The translations under genes and the position numbers were made by a program. Shown here one piece after another: positions 14,629 through 25,041 of a DNA stretch of 64,000 nucleotides; within the stretch, counting starts at the first letter, position 1, and every line of letters begins with the position of its first letter. Below the pieces are notes generated by a model. That model had not been told where the DNA came from, did not search any database, and was given only the letters and a program-made list of their open reading frames with translations. This stretch comes from a virus. Lineage: Duplodnaviria > Caudoviricetes. Location: positions 17,948 through 81,947 of IMG/VR virus record IMGVR_UViG_3300028591_000164, one strand, 5' to 3'.

Positions 14629-17600
14629 ATGGTAAGCAAAAGAACGATTAAAATAGATGAAGAACAAGTTGCTATCCGTAGTTATGAAGTTTCTATTTGG
14701 TCCCTTCAAGACAGTTTTATAACTGTCTTGAAGTGGGCCGAGAGAGATAATAGAGGATAGATTCAACAACCGGAAATGGTATTGGATATAGATGGTACGG
14801 AAAATTTTAAGTTTTCTATCCCAATGTATTTACATCCTGGTGAAGAAAATCCCGCGTGGCATAATACATTAAATGGTAATTTAATGATTGGAATGCGGAA
14901 GATTAAGGTTATTTTAAATAAAACATTAACAGATGAACGTGTTTTTGAGTTTTTAATTACGAAAGTAACCGAACGGCATGAAGCTGATTAGCTATTCTGT
15001 GATGTTGAGTGTGAAGGACTTGCGTTTCATGAATTGGGAAAAATTGGCTATAAGGTAGTACTTTCATAGGATGAATATGACATAGACAATAATGAGTGGT
15101 TTGAAGGCGATTAGGTTAAGGAACAGCCATTACCTACAATAGACTATTGGAATAAAAAAACAGACTTTTTATTACCATATACCGAGAATAAAAATGATAT
15201 AAAACCAAACAAATGGTATTATAAAGTAGAAATGAACTGGGCTTCATATGAAGGCGGCCAAACTCGTGATCCAGAAAAAGTATATGAAGATGAATATGTT
15301 TCTTCTTGGGAAATAGATGATTCCTCGGGCGTGTTGGTTCCAGCCGCGGTTGAAGCACTAAAAGAAAAATTGCGCATCGTTGAAATTAAAGAAAGTAATA
15401 TATATAATATTACGCAGAAAATTGCCGAAGCATTCGGTGTTTTTTGTAAATATGAATATGGTTATGACGCTAATTATCATATTATTTCACGCACAGTTGT
15501 CTATTATAATAATTTTATAGAAGAAGATAAAGGGCATATGGATTTAACATATCCATATCATACTTCTGAAATTACGCGTGAAATGGACAGCACAGAATTG
15601 GTTACTAAATTATTCGTGCGTCCAATTGATGCTGAATATGGCGGTTCTAATGAATTAGGTATTAAGGATGTCGAAGCAAATAAAAGTCGCGAAGATTATA
15701 TTTTAAATTTTGATTATTTACATAAATTTAATATTATTACTGATGAATAGTATGCGGCAATAGCAGAATATGAATAGGCGCTACATGAGAAAAATATTGC
15801 ATATTCAAAATTATATGCAGAATATATGAATTTAGAAAGCCGTATTACTGATTGTGAAGCTAAAATCGCGGTTGAAACCGCGGGACTTGAAGCCGCGAAT
15901 GAACAGTGGAATACAGCATAGAGCCATATTAAGGCCTTGCCTGGGCAAGAAGAATTAATTACTATTCCACAGAATGCCCCTAAATCTGTATTGGTATTAG
16001 AAAGTCCAAAATATGGTAAATATATTAAAATGCCCGTTAATGGCATTGCGGCTAATACTGTAAGAATATATTTTGGTGTTCTTGATTATACTAAAAAGGG
16101 GAAAGAGTTAGAAGAATCAGAGAGTGCCGTTTTGATAACCGGTGGCGTTCCAGAGTTTGATGAATATAATGATTTAGTACGTATTATAAAATTACCAGAT
16201 AAAGTTACCGTTGGTGAAGTTACTTCTGAACTAAAGCCTTCTGTATGGCTTACATGTAAATATATGCCTGATACATATTGGACTACAGTGCGAGATGTTT
16301 GGGATAGACGTAGAATAGATATTAAAAAATAGTTAGATAAGCATTAGAGTATATTAGAGAGTTTATAGAGCGAATTAGAAAGAAAAACCGGGCAATTGGA
16401 AGTTATAACCGAAGAAATGAAAATTATACGCCAAGATTTTAATGAAATGATGGGGCCGGCACTGCGCGAAGGCTATTGGCAATCCGATGACCATTAGGAT
16501 TATGGTGATAAATATTTAGTTACATTTAGTACTTCTAATGATTATGAATAGGGAAAGTTAGCATATCATGTGCTAGACACTAACGCTTATGATAATAATG
16601 ATACAATTAATTATTATATTGGCGATATTGATAGTGATGAGCAAAAACAATATTTAATTATTAGAATTAACGCTACTAATAGTTTATTAAAAGATATTAA
16701 TACGCACTATGACGAATTATATTTTGTATATAATGATGTATAGGGAGTTAATCAATATCTTGATTTAGCGGCGACTAATAATCCACTGGCTACTGAATTA
16801 GCGAATTATAAGCGTAATGCTCGACGTTTAATAAAATTGGGTGGTAGCTGTCGCTTAACTTATACTTATGTTTCAGGAGAAAGTATCCCATTCTTAGCGC
16901 TAGTTATAGAAGCAAGCAAAACCATGTCTGATGAACAGATTCAGTTTTTTATACGTAGTGGAACTTATGCTGATTCAAAATATGCTGAATTTCAATCTAA
17001 GTTTGGTATCGTTACTTTTACACAAGAAAACGAAGTAATGACCGGAGATTTTTCAGTTGAAACATTATTTGATATTACCGCAAATTCTTATATTACTAGT
17101 GGTGCGGTAGAAGCATATAAGCGTATTATTATAGATGCTCTGACATTAAAGCCGGGTGAAAATTAGTTATAGATTAAATTAGGAAATAATTTATTGGAAG
17201 CATATAAAGACTATGATGTTTATATTGAAAAAGATAAGCGGGACAATGAAGAAGATAGGCATGATAAATATATAATTGATATTAAACCGCGCGCTTTTAT
17301 TACAACAGAAATGCTTAATCCACCTATTTCAATTAAATATGAATTGTCTAACGCAGATATACTATTATATTTGGATGCTTTACAGGTGGCAAAAGAAAAT
17401 TCTGAACCAAAAGTATCCTATTCAATACAATTAAGTTTATACGACCCATATATTATTCATAATATATATGAAAAAATGGCAAAAATTGTACATATTAATG
17501 ACATACAATTAAAGTTTGAAAACGTATAGGGTTATATTTCACATATAGAAATGAATCTCGATAAGCCTTGGGAAGACAGTATCGAGATTAAAAATTATAA

Positions 17601-20019
17601 AACTAAGTTTGAAGATTTGTTTAGTAATATTGTGGCACAAACTGACGCAATGTAGAAAAAGAGCCATGGATACGATGTCGCGGCTTTAGCTTTTGGTGAA
17701 GATGGGAATCTAACTTCTGAAGCGGTTATAAAAATGTTAGATGCGAACGCGCCATTATTTAATACATATATAGATGAACATTTAACAGATAATATCATTA
17801 TTAAAAACACTTTAACTAGTATTTTTAATGAAGCTGGTTCTATTTTAAATAGCGCGGGCAATGCATTAGCCGATATGCGCGCAATTACTGGAACAAACGC
17901 AAGCATATTGTCTGATTTTGCGAAGAGCGCCGAAGAAGGCTTTGGCCGCGGAATTGATTTAATCTCTTCTGTGGATGGATAGTATACCTCCGCAGTACAA
18001 ATTAATAATCGCGGCATTTTTATTGGCTCTGATTAGTAGATTTCTTTATACTCTGGCGTAATTGGAGACAGTAGCGGCACATCTATTGATTTAAATCCGA
18101 AGAGATTAATTTTAGGCGTTTCTTCTGATTCTAATGGCACCGCCGCGAAATTTACAGAAAAGTATTTGGTACTTGCAGCGGGAGATATTATCGCCGCGAA
18201 TGAAGCATCAACAAATAATGAAGATAAAGTGAATGTTGGTGTAACCGGCACAATTAATGGTTTAGTTGGTGCAAAGTTCACTAAAGATTCTATTGGTTTT
18301 GCTACTTATGACAATAGTACAATTAATGCTATTTTAATGAATAATAAAGGTATTACTTTAGGAAGCGGCGTCATTGACCCCGTTGATGCGGAGAATAGGA
18401 GAATAGGTATTGACCTTAATAGTAATACTTAGACTCTTCGTAATAATAATAATACTGTTACTGGTGCATCATACGTTCGCATTTCTGGTGCCGGCATTGA
18501 CATTGGTTCTGGTGGAGAGCTATATGTTAGTACAAATAATTTTGTTGTTAATTCTAATGCTGGTATAGGTGAAGATATTTTTGTATTAAAGAAAGCGGAT
18601 GGCAACGGCGGCTATGAAAAGGCGCTAACTTATAATATTTAGGACGGCTTAACTATTAACGGTCGAATTTCTGCGCAAAGTATGGTTATTGGTGATTCCA
18701 CCGCGGGAAATCAATCACTTAGTAGTTGGGTTAATGCAAAAGTAACACCAGAGGCTATTTGGCTGGGTGTAGTTAAACATACGACTGGTAATAATAATGC
18801 TACTATTGGAAGTGGGACTAGTTTATCTATTACTGATGATAGTTTTTCAATTGCTAGTACCGGAACTCTTAGTGTAGATACTTCTAATGTCATTATTAAT
18901 ACCGCGGCGACAGAAAATAATGCTATTTTTAGAATAGGCGGGACTGGTGAAAACTATAAACTTTTATATAGTGAAAATGCTGGTTTGAAAATAAAAGGCG
19001 AGATAGCGGCGACCGCTGGTAATTTAGGTGGCTGGATATTAGGTGAACATAAGTTATATAGTGGCTCAGGAACAAATTATGTTGCTTTAGATAGCGGGAC
19101 TTCCAATGAAGGTTATGCTCTATGGGCAGGAAATGGTACATCAAGCTCCGCTCCATTTGCTGTTACACGAGATGGAAAAGTATATTTAAATTCATTAATG
19201 GTTTTAGATACTTGGGATGGAAGTAAATGGGAAATTACTTAGACCAGTACCCAAAATGATGGAAAACATGATGCTAATGGATTTACCCCCATTAATTTTT
19301 CTCGTTTAAATTTTAAGACAGCCATGACTATTACCCTTGGAGTCGATGGCGAGAATATCGTAGCAAGGGGACGTTTATGGAATACTTGGGAGTCGGAATC
19401 AACTTCTAAAAGTATATCACTTAGTGCTGGTGCTCTTGGCGGAACCGTAAACGCGGGTTCTAATTGGGATGCTCAAGGGAGTGCCACTGTTTGGATAAAT
19501 GTAGCAGTAGGAGGTTCAGCTGGGCCTACCTATCAAGTAACATGCCCGGTTAATGTTTATAATGCAACATCATGGGGCTGGGAAAGAGCTTATAATATTG
19601 TATAGGGGGCCTCAGTTAACGTAAATAGTAAAAAAGTTACAGGTCTACCAGGTTAGGCTCCTGGCACCAGTTCTACGTCAATTGATGTTAGCGATATATA
19701 TGATGCTGGTTATCAAGATGGAAAGCCTAATACTATTGAATTAGTAACTACATCTGGTTCTAATGCGGTAATAAGAGCAACTTCTACAGATGGGAATAAT
19801 TCATTAAGTTCTACACTATCTATGTCTGATATTTATAATGCTGGTTGGAATGCTGCTTTAGACGCATGTACTGGTGAAGAAGTTTTGGTCAATTATAGTA
19901 ATGTCGGTAATTATACTTTATATAAAGGTAATTATCCTTCAGCTCCTTCTGCTGGTACTGGATATTGGCGTTTAGGTGGTTCCACAACAACACGATATAG
20001 TTTACCTGATAGGAAATAA
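14629..20019 (+). CDS. Large tail-tip / tail-associated (Tal-like) protein with C-terminal beta-rich fibre region, 1796 aa (TAG=Gln)
   Basis: AGGAGG RBS and ATG at 14629. Ten track ORFs (14776 to 19822) are in the same frame, ending TAA 20017-20019. The N-terminus resembles phage tail-spike/prophage-tail domains (REMDSTELVTKLFV), followed by a coiled coil and a Gly/Ser/Thr-rich C-terminus. Confidence 0.7.
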
Positions 20020-20057
20020 AAAAAGACCCCTCTCATTTCTGAGAGGGGCCATTTTTT
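20020..20057. terminator. Bidirectional intrinsic terminator at the convergence of the structural (+) and replication (-) arms
   Basis: Stem CCCCTCTCA-TTTC-TGAGAGGGG (20027-20048) with an A-run before it and a T-run after it, between two converging stop codons. Confidence 0.85.
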
Positions 20058-20059
20058 AT

Positions 20060-20443
20060 TTACTCATTAATGAATGCTTCTAGATTAATAATCTGAGCAG
20101 GAGTAATTTCAATATCGCCAATGTCTTCGGAATCAATCTTTTCAGCATTGATTTCAACGTCAGCATTTAATAGCTCATCTAGGCTCTGATAGAACTCATT
20201 TAGCCTATCCTGGTCAAGAGTGACATTGCCATTTTCATCACTCTTCATTTCGCCATTTTCATCTTTCTGCGCATATTCCTTAATTAGGTCCATACGCTTT
20301 TCATTAAACAAAGTAAATTCTTTTTCAAGTTCCCTTAGTAGCCTTGCGACACGAAAAGCTGCGCGGCCTTTTAGAGACTTATTAGATAGTTCGCGCATAA
20401 TATCAGCGCTTTCAACAATATTTCTTAGGTGTGTATTAATCAT
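20060..20443 (-). CDS. Conserved phage protein, DUF1617-like, 127 aa
   Basis: Track ORF; the pattern AFRVARLLRELEKE...RMDLIKEYAQKDENG resembles small proteins often found near tail genes. Family recalled, not searched. Confidence 0.5.
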   Translation of the reverse strand: MINTHLRNIVESADIMRELSNKSLKGRAAFRVARLLRELEKEFTLFNEKRMDLIKEYAQKDENGEMKSDENGNVTLDQDRLNEFYQSLDELLNADVEINAEKIDSEDIGDIEITPAQIINLEAFINE

Positions 20444-20444
20444 A

Positions 20445-21191
20445 TTAATCTTCTCCCCATTGTACTGTATTTATTTTAATTTTATTTGCAAAGTATTTTC
20501 CAATACATATTGCATCAGCTTCATCTTGTGTACAATTCTAATTGTACCACATTTTTACTTTATCTTGCGCTAGTTTCTTTTTATTTTCGCGGTGCTGGTC
20601 GCCTTCATTTATGCCGCAATATTTGCGCCATTCAGAGGCATATACTAAATCATGGTCTATACTTGCTTCAAATAAAGTATCAAGTAAAACGCCTTGTAGA
20701 TTAGCAAGCACCTAAAATGTTTTAACTTGCGCCTATGAAGCACTTGGACCAAACTTCTGTAATTGAATATTCTCAATCCCAACAAAATCTGGTTCCCATG
20801 CTTCGAGCGCGGCTTTAAGCCAATTTTTAACCGCATTAATTCTTTCTTCCGTTGGCAATGTACTATCGGGGCTATATGTCCCATAAGAAACTAGCTAACG
20901 ATTATCATATATTGAATATCCGGTTGTGCCTGTCGCGGCATCTAATCCCAATACTCGTTCTGTGTCAATCTTTTTGGTTGGCACCTTATTTTTTTTGATT
21001 TTATATGGGTCGCCGGCCATACACTATTCACATAGCATATGTTTGCGCCATTGCCCATATGTTTGCTTTTGTAAATGCCCTTCTGGACATTTCATTTCCA
21101 ATTCTGTATTTAAATTTTTATATTCAGTGCTAATCAATGTCCAATTGTTTTCGGCCAAATGATTAGCAACTGAATACACGTTAATTGGCAT
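20445..21191 (-). CDS. ruvC: RuvC-like Holliday junction resolvase with N-terminal CxxxH...CxxC domain, 248 aa (>=5 in-frame TAG)
   Basis: Manual translation gives RuvC motifs VLGLDAATGTTGYS, FVGIENIQ and DEADAICIG. The ATG overlaps the dUTPase stop (TAATG); TAA at 20445-20447. Missed by the ORF track. Confidence 0.8.
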
Positions 21192-21997
21192 TACTTACCA
21201 GTACTCCCAAAGCCACCTTCGTCACGCTCGGTAGCTGGAAGAATATCAACTACTTGTGGCTTAAAACGATAGGTAGGCATTACAATAAGCTGTGCGATGC
21301 GGTCGCCTGCGTTAATGGTATAATCAGAATCAGAAATGTTATCATATAGAATACCAAGCTCACCGCGATAGTCGCTATCAATTACACCAACGCTATTGCT
21401 TAAACGCAGTGGCGTCTTTGCGCCAATAGAAGAACGTGGTACAATATATGCAGTCCAATTTTCTGGTAGAGCAATTCGTACACCAGTCTTAATCTTATTA
21501 CCGACAGAATGCGCGGGAACAACTACTGTTTCGGCCGCGTATAGGTCAGCGCCGGTGTCTGTATCGTGTGCATAAGTTGGAACATGAGCTTCTTTTTCAA
21601 GCGCGATAGGAAGTTCAAAATCATATGTATGATAATGTTCAATTACTTCTCTAAATAGTTCTGTAATTGGGTCAAAAATTGCATGTAGTAGCGTGCTCTT
21701 ACTCGCGGAGGGTTGAAGAGTATCAAATATATCCTGTACATCATGCTCTAAACCAGCAAGGAACTCATGCGCACCGGCCTTATTTAAGCCGCGGGCTTCT
21801 AGACTATTAACAAGCTCTTTCTTGGACTTATCAATTAGTTCAGGGGAATACATGCTCTGAATTGTATCACGTAAATTTTCTGCAACCTGCGGAGTTAGTA
21901 GACTCTCGTCAAAATTCATAATCTGTGTAATTGCTTCCATTAGGGGGTTTAGTGTTTCGTTTTCTCCTAATACATCGGCTAGTTCATTTATATCCAT
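21191..21997 (-). CDS. dut: Trimeric dUTPase with ~125-aa N-terminal extension
   Basis: Motifs TGADL, PRSSIG, GVIDSDYRGE, GDRIAQL and ERDEGGFGSTG. Confidence 0.93.
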   Translation of the reverse strand: MDINELADVLGENETLNPLMEAITQIMNFDESLLTPQVAENLRDTIQSMYSPELIDKSKKELVNSLEARGLNKAGAHEFLAGLEHDVQDIFDTLQPSASKSTLLHAIFDPITELFREVIEHYHTYDFELPIALEKEAHVPTYAHDTDTGADLYAAETVVVPAHSVGNKIKTGVRIALPENWTAYIVPRSSIGAKTPLRLSNSVGVIDSDYRGELGILYDNISDSDYTINAGDRIAQLIVMPTYRFKPQVVDILPATERDEGGFGSTGK

Positions 21998-22008
21998 TTT
22001 ATATTACC

Positions 22009-22218
22009 TCACTCATTAAATGTTTTTTCTAGTGAAACCACTGCCCAGCTATCAATAATTTCTCCCTTAGATTTCTTGGTCTTAATAGCATAAGCGGACT
22101 TAGTTAGTGTATAATTGTATTGAAGTTGTTCATCCTTCGCGGCGGTAATCATATCAATCGCCTCTTCTTCTGTATCAACGCGGTAAACATCAGTTGTTTT
22201 CAGTAGTTGTCTCGCCAT
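22009..22218 (-). CDS. Hypothetical protein, 69 aa
   Basis: Track ORF trimmed to the ATG (MARQLL) that follows a purine-rich RBS. Confidence 0.6.
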   Translation of the reverse strand: MARQLLKTTDVYRVDTEEEAIDMITAAKDEQLQYNYTLTKSAYAIKTKKSKGEIIDSWAVVSLEKTFNE

Positions 22219-22540
22219 TTTCTTCTCTCTCCCTTTTTTCATTTAATTTTCTTAATTTTTGAATTAAATCAATATAGTTTAATTTTTCTGCGGTATCTGC
22301 GATTGTATTTATATCTTCCCTATTTTTCTTGCCAACTTTTTTAGCAAGAGCGCGGTGTTGCGCGCGATTTAATGGAGCGGTATTTGCTTTAATTTTTTTA
22401 GTTGTAAATTCTGTAATTTTATTCAGAATTTCGTCGGTAGTTTCCGCGCCGATAAGACTTGTTGCTTCTTCTTCGCTAATGTCCTAAATATCCGCGAAGC
22501 GTTTTATTAGTTCCTACGGAGTTAAATCTTTATTCGCCAT
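22190..22540 (-). CDS. Hypothetical protein, 116 aa (2 TAG)
   Basis: Manual translation MANKDLTP(Q)ELIKRFADI(Q)DISEEEA... runs open to TGA 22190-22192; contains an NRAQHRA motif. Confidence 0.65.
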
Positions 22541-22826
22541 ATATTACCTCTAAAAGTGAAAGTATTGTTTCATATTCTTCTTTGTTATGTAGGGTGATTA
22601 AAGTAAATAAGTGACGGTCATCATCTGCGACAAATGGAATTTCTACTTTTGCTATTTTCTCTTCTATAATAGGAAACCAATATGGTCTATCATTTATTAT
22701 TTCATCTGTCACCTTCATTTTCCCAATTAATCCATATACTAATATGTATTTATTGTCATTTGTTTGGGCCAGCCCCGCAAAATATTCACTATTACCATGA
22801 AATTTTATAAAATTTGCTATCGTCAT
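22530..22826 (-). CDS. Hypothetical protein, 98 aa
   Basis: Track ORF in operon orientation. Confidence 0.6.
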   Translation of the reverse strand: MTIANFIKFHGNSEYFAGLAQTNDNKYILVYGLIGKMKVTDEIINDRPYWFPIIEEKIAKVEIPFVADDDRHLFTLITLHNKEEYETILSLLEVIYGE

Positions 22827-22828
22827 AC

Positions 22829-23761
22829 TTAACCGCCATCCTTTCTATTATATCCAAATTCTTGTGTTTTAAAGAAATTAATATAATACTTTTCTAATTC
22901 TCCAAGCTAATCTTTATCACAATATATTATGTATTCTATTGACCAATTCCATAGTCCTTCTTTAAGTAAGGCATGATGCACAGCCTAATCAGCAATTGAT
23001 TGTATTCCAACAGCACTTTTGAAATGGTCTTGTAAACGCTTTTTAATATTTGTGCTTTTTCCTATATATGGTTTACCAGTATTTATATTTGTTATTTTAT
23101 AAATACCAGGTTTATCTTCGATACCAACGCGCTTGAAAGTATCATCTATATAGGGCTTTACATATTCTGCCCACACTAATTTACTAATTATATCTGGATG
23201 TTGAACTTTTTCCGCGACATCGGTTAATAAGAAATTTATATCGTTATGATACTCTTCCGGAATTTGTATTGTATAGAATAGTTTTTCTTGCTATTCTTTA
23301 TCATACTATTGTAGTGGTTCAAGTAGGGCTTTAAATTTTTCTTCTTCCTAATTATAATTATTTTGAAGAATTTCAATTTTGTTATCAATATCTTTTTGGA
23401 CCTACTGTAAATTTGCTTCTAACCATGCGGCTTCCTACTTATAATAGGTTTCTGTATTGGCAAACTATTCTGCCGCGGTTGCTTCCTTTGCAGACCACTT
23501 ATCTTCAAAATCTTTTTTCCGCTATTTTTCTTGTTCTATAAGAAGATTATCTAAATTTTTAATTTTCTTATTAACTAAATCATGATAAGAATCCTATTTT
23601 ATTTGAATTGCATGTTCTAATGAACCCAATTCTTCTTCAAGATTATTAACTTCCTATTCAAGCTGATTTTTGCGGCTTTCATTTAAAACTGTTTTCTATG
23701 TAAGTTTTACTGCCAGGACAATAATACAGATTATTAATACTACAATAATTCCGACTTCCAT
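22829..23761 (-). CDS. Membrane-anchored coiled-coil protein with C-terminal GIY-YIG nuclease domain, 310 aa (~12 TAG)
   Basis: N-terminus MEVGIIVVLIICIIVLAVKL is TM-like, followed by a long E/Q/K-rich helix and then PGIYKITNINTGKPYIGKSTNIKKRLQDH...ELEKYYI...GYN. RBS GAGGTG; TAA at 22829-22831. Confidence 0.8.
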
Positions 23762-23789
23762 ATCACACCTCTCATAATTTCTTTATTAT

Positions 23790-23818
23790 ATTATAACAGA
23801 AAATGGATAAAAAGTCAA
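23790..23818 (-). promoter_or_regulatory. Sigma70/SigA consensus promoter
   Basis: TTGACT-17 nt-TATAAT upstream of the 23761 ATG. Confidence 0.8.
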
Positions 23819-23820
23819 AT

Positions 23821-23852
23821 AAAAAGGTGGGGCGATTTTATTTTTTCGCCCC
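23821..23852 (-). terminator. Intrinsic terminator after the nrdD-nrdG-FNT operon
   Basis: GGGGCGA...TCGCCCC stem followed by ACCTTTTT, overlapping the FNT stop. Confidence 0.6.
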
Positions 23853-24395
23853 AAATGTGTGTGGAGAAATAAGTAATCCACCAATAATATTGCCAAGCAA
23901 AATAGCTATCCAATTTAAACTAAATTGACCAGCAGCTAAGAAATAGAAAGCATCCGCTATACAGTGATTAAACCCAGCCGCGATGAAAGCAAATACGCCC
24001 AGTACAGTGATATATAGTGGAGTCTCTTTATATGTTGCTAATGTCATTAAAGCACCGCAACCGATACCTTTCCATAGCGCTATGGAGAAATCTTGTTGCG
24101 CTTTATTTTGTCCTATTGCCGCAGCGGCTTGTTTTGCTTCTGGTGAAGCAATGAGAAACATCACGGCGATGCCAAATAAATTAAATATCAAAATTAATAA
24201 ATATTCATACCATTTATATTGTTTAGTAAATAAATATTGAACTTTACCAGTAAATAAATTATATTGCATTAATCTGACCGCGCATAAGCCGCAGCTGAAT
24301 AATAATGCTCCAATTAATGGGCTAGGCGCCATTACATATAACTAGCACCCAAGTCCAATACATAAACCCGCGAATATAGAATTAATTATTAGCAT
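23838..24395 (-). CDS. Formate/nitrite transporter (FNT, FocA-like) channel, compact 185 aa (1 TAG)
   Basis: Extends upstream through one TAG to ATG 24395 (MLIINSIFAGLCIGLGCQ). FNT motifs GALLFSCGL...LFTG, KGIGCG, FIAAGFNHCIAD and GNIIGG; six hydrophobic segments. Confidence 0.82.
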
Positions 24396-24876
24396 TGTTT
24401 TTCTCCATATAAATTATTCTTTGATTAGAAGAGCCACGCAATGGTAATGTAGTATCGCGCTTATCTTGTTCATAGCGCCCATCAATTAAACAATCAATTT
24501 CTGATAAAATCTTATCAATAATATCAAGTTTTCTTTCTTTTAATTCTTCAAGCGTATATCCAGTCCAAACATAAACAATTAAATCTGGATAACGGCTTTT
24601 GCACCAACTAATTAAAGCGTCTACCGCGGCGAGATTTTCATCACATAATGGTTCTCCACCTAAAATACTTAAACGGCGTTCTACGCCATTTTTATGTAGT
24701 TTATCTATAACCGTACTTATAGTGTTAAAATTAAATTCTTCACCATAATTAAAGTCCCAAGCTTCTGGATTATGACAACCGGGGCAATGGAAGTGACATC
24801 CAGAAAAATAAACTGAGAGGGAGATACCGGGTGCTGCCGCGGTATCGTCCCAATATATACCAGCAATTTTACTCAT
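24382..24876 (-). CDS. nrdG: Anaerobic ribonucleotide reductase activating enzyme (radical SAM)
   Basis: FSGCHFHCPGCHNPEAW (CxxxCxxC), SILGGEP and LRGSSNQR. Confidence 0.95.
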   Translation of the reverse strand: MSKIAGIYWDDTAAAPGISLSVYFSGCHFHCPGCHNPEAWDFNYGEEFNFNTISTVIDKLHKNGVERRLSILGGEPLCDENLAAVDALISWCKSRYPDLIVYVWTGYTLEELKERKLDIIDKILSEIDCLIDGRYEQDKRDTTLPLRGSSNQRIIYMEKNNANN

Positions 24877-25030
24877 TTTTGTTAATTTCTGATGATATGT
24901 CTCTTAATACGTCTAATAAAAGACGAAAAGTTCCATCTGCATTAATAATTGATATATTATATTTATTGCATAAGTCAAATATAATTTTTACTTCATTTTG
25001 TTCTATAATTTCTGGAACATCTATCATCAT
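24869..25030 (-). CDS. Small hypothetical protein, 53 aa, between nrdD and nrdG
   Basis: ATG after a GGAGG RBS; open to TAA 24869-24871, overlapping the nrdG start. Confidence 0.5.
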   Translation of the reverse strand: MMIDVPEIIEQNEVKIIFDLCNKYNISIINADGTFRLLLDVLRDISSEINKNE

Positions 25031-25041
25031 ATTTTCCTCCA

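Noticed and set aside
2-20019. Tail region as decayed pseudogenes or many small ORFs
   Set aside because: All fragments share a frame per gene and the breaks examined are TAG only; this is recoding, not decay.
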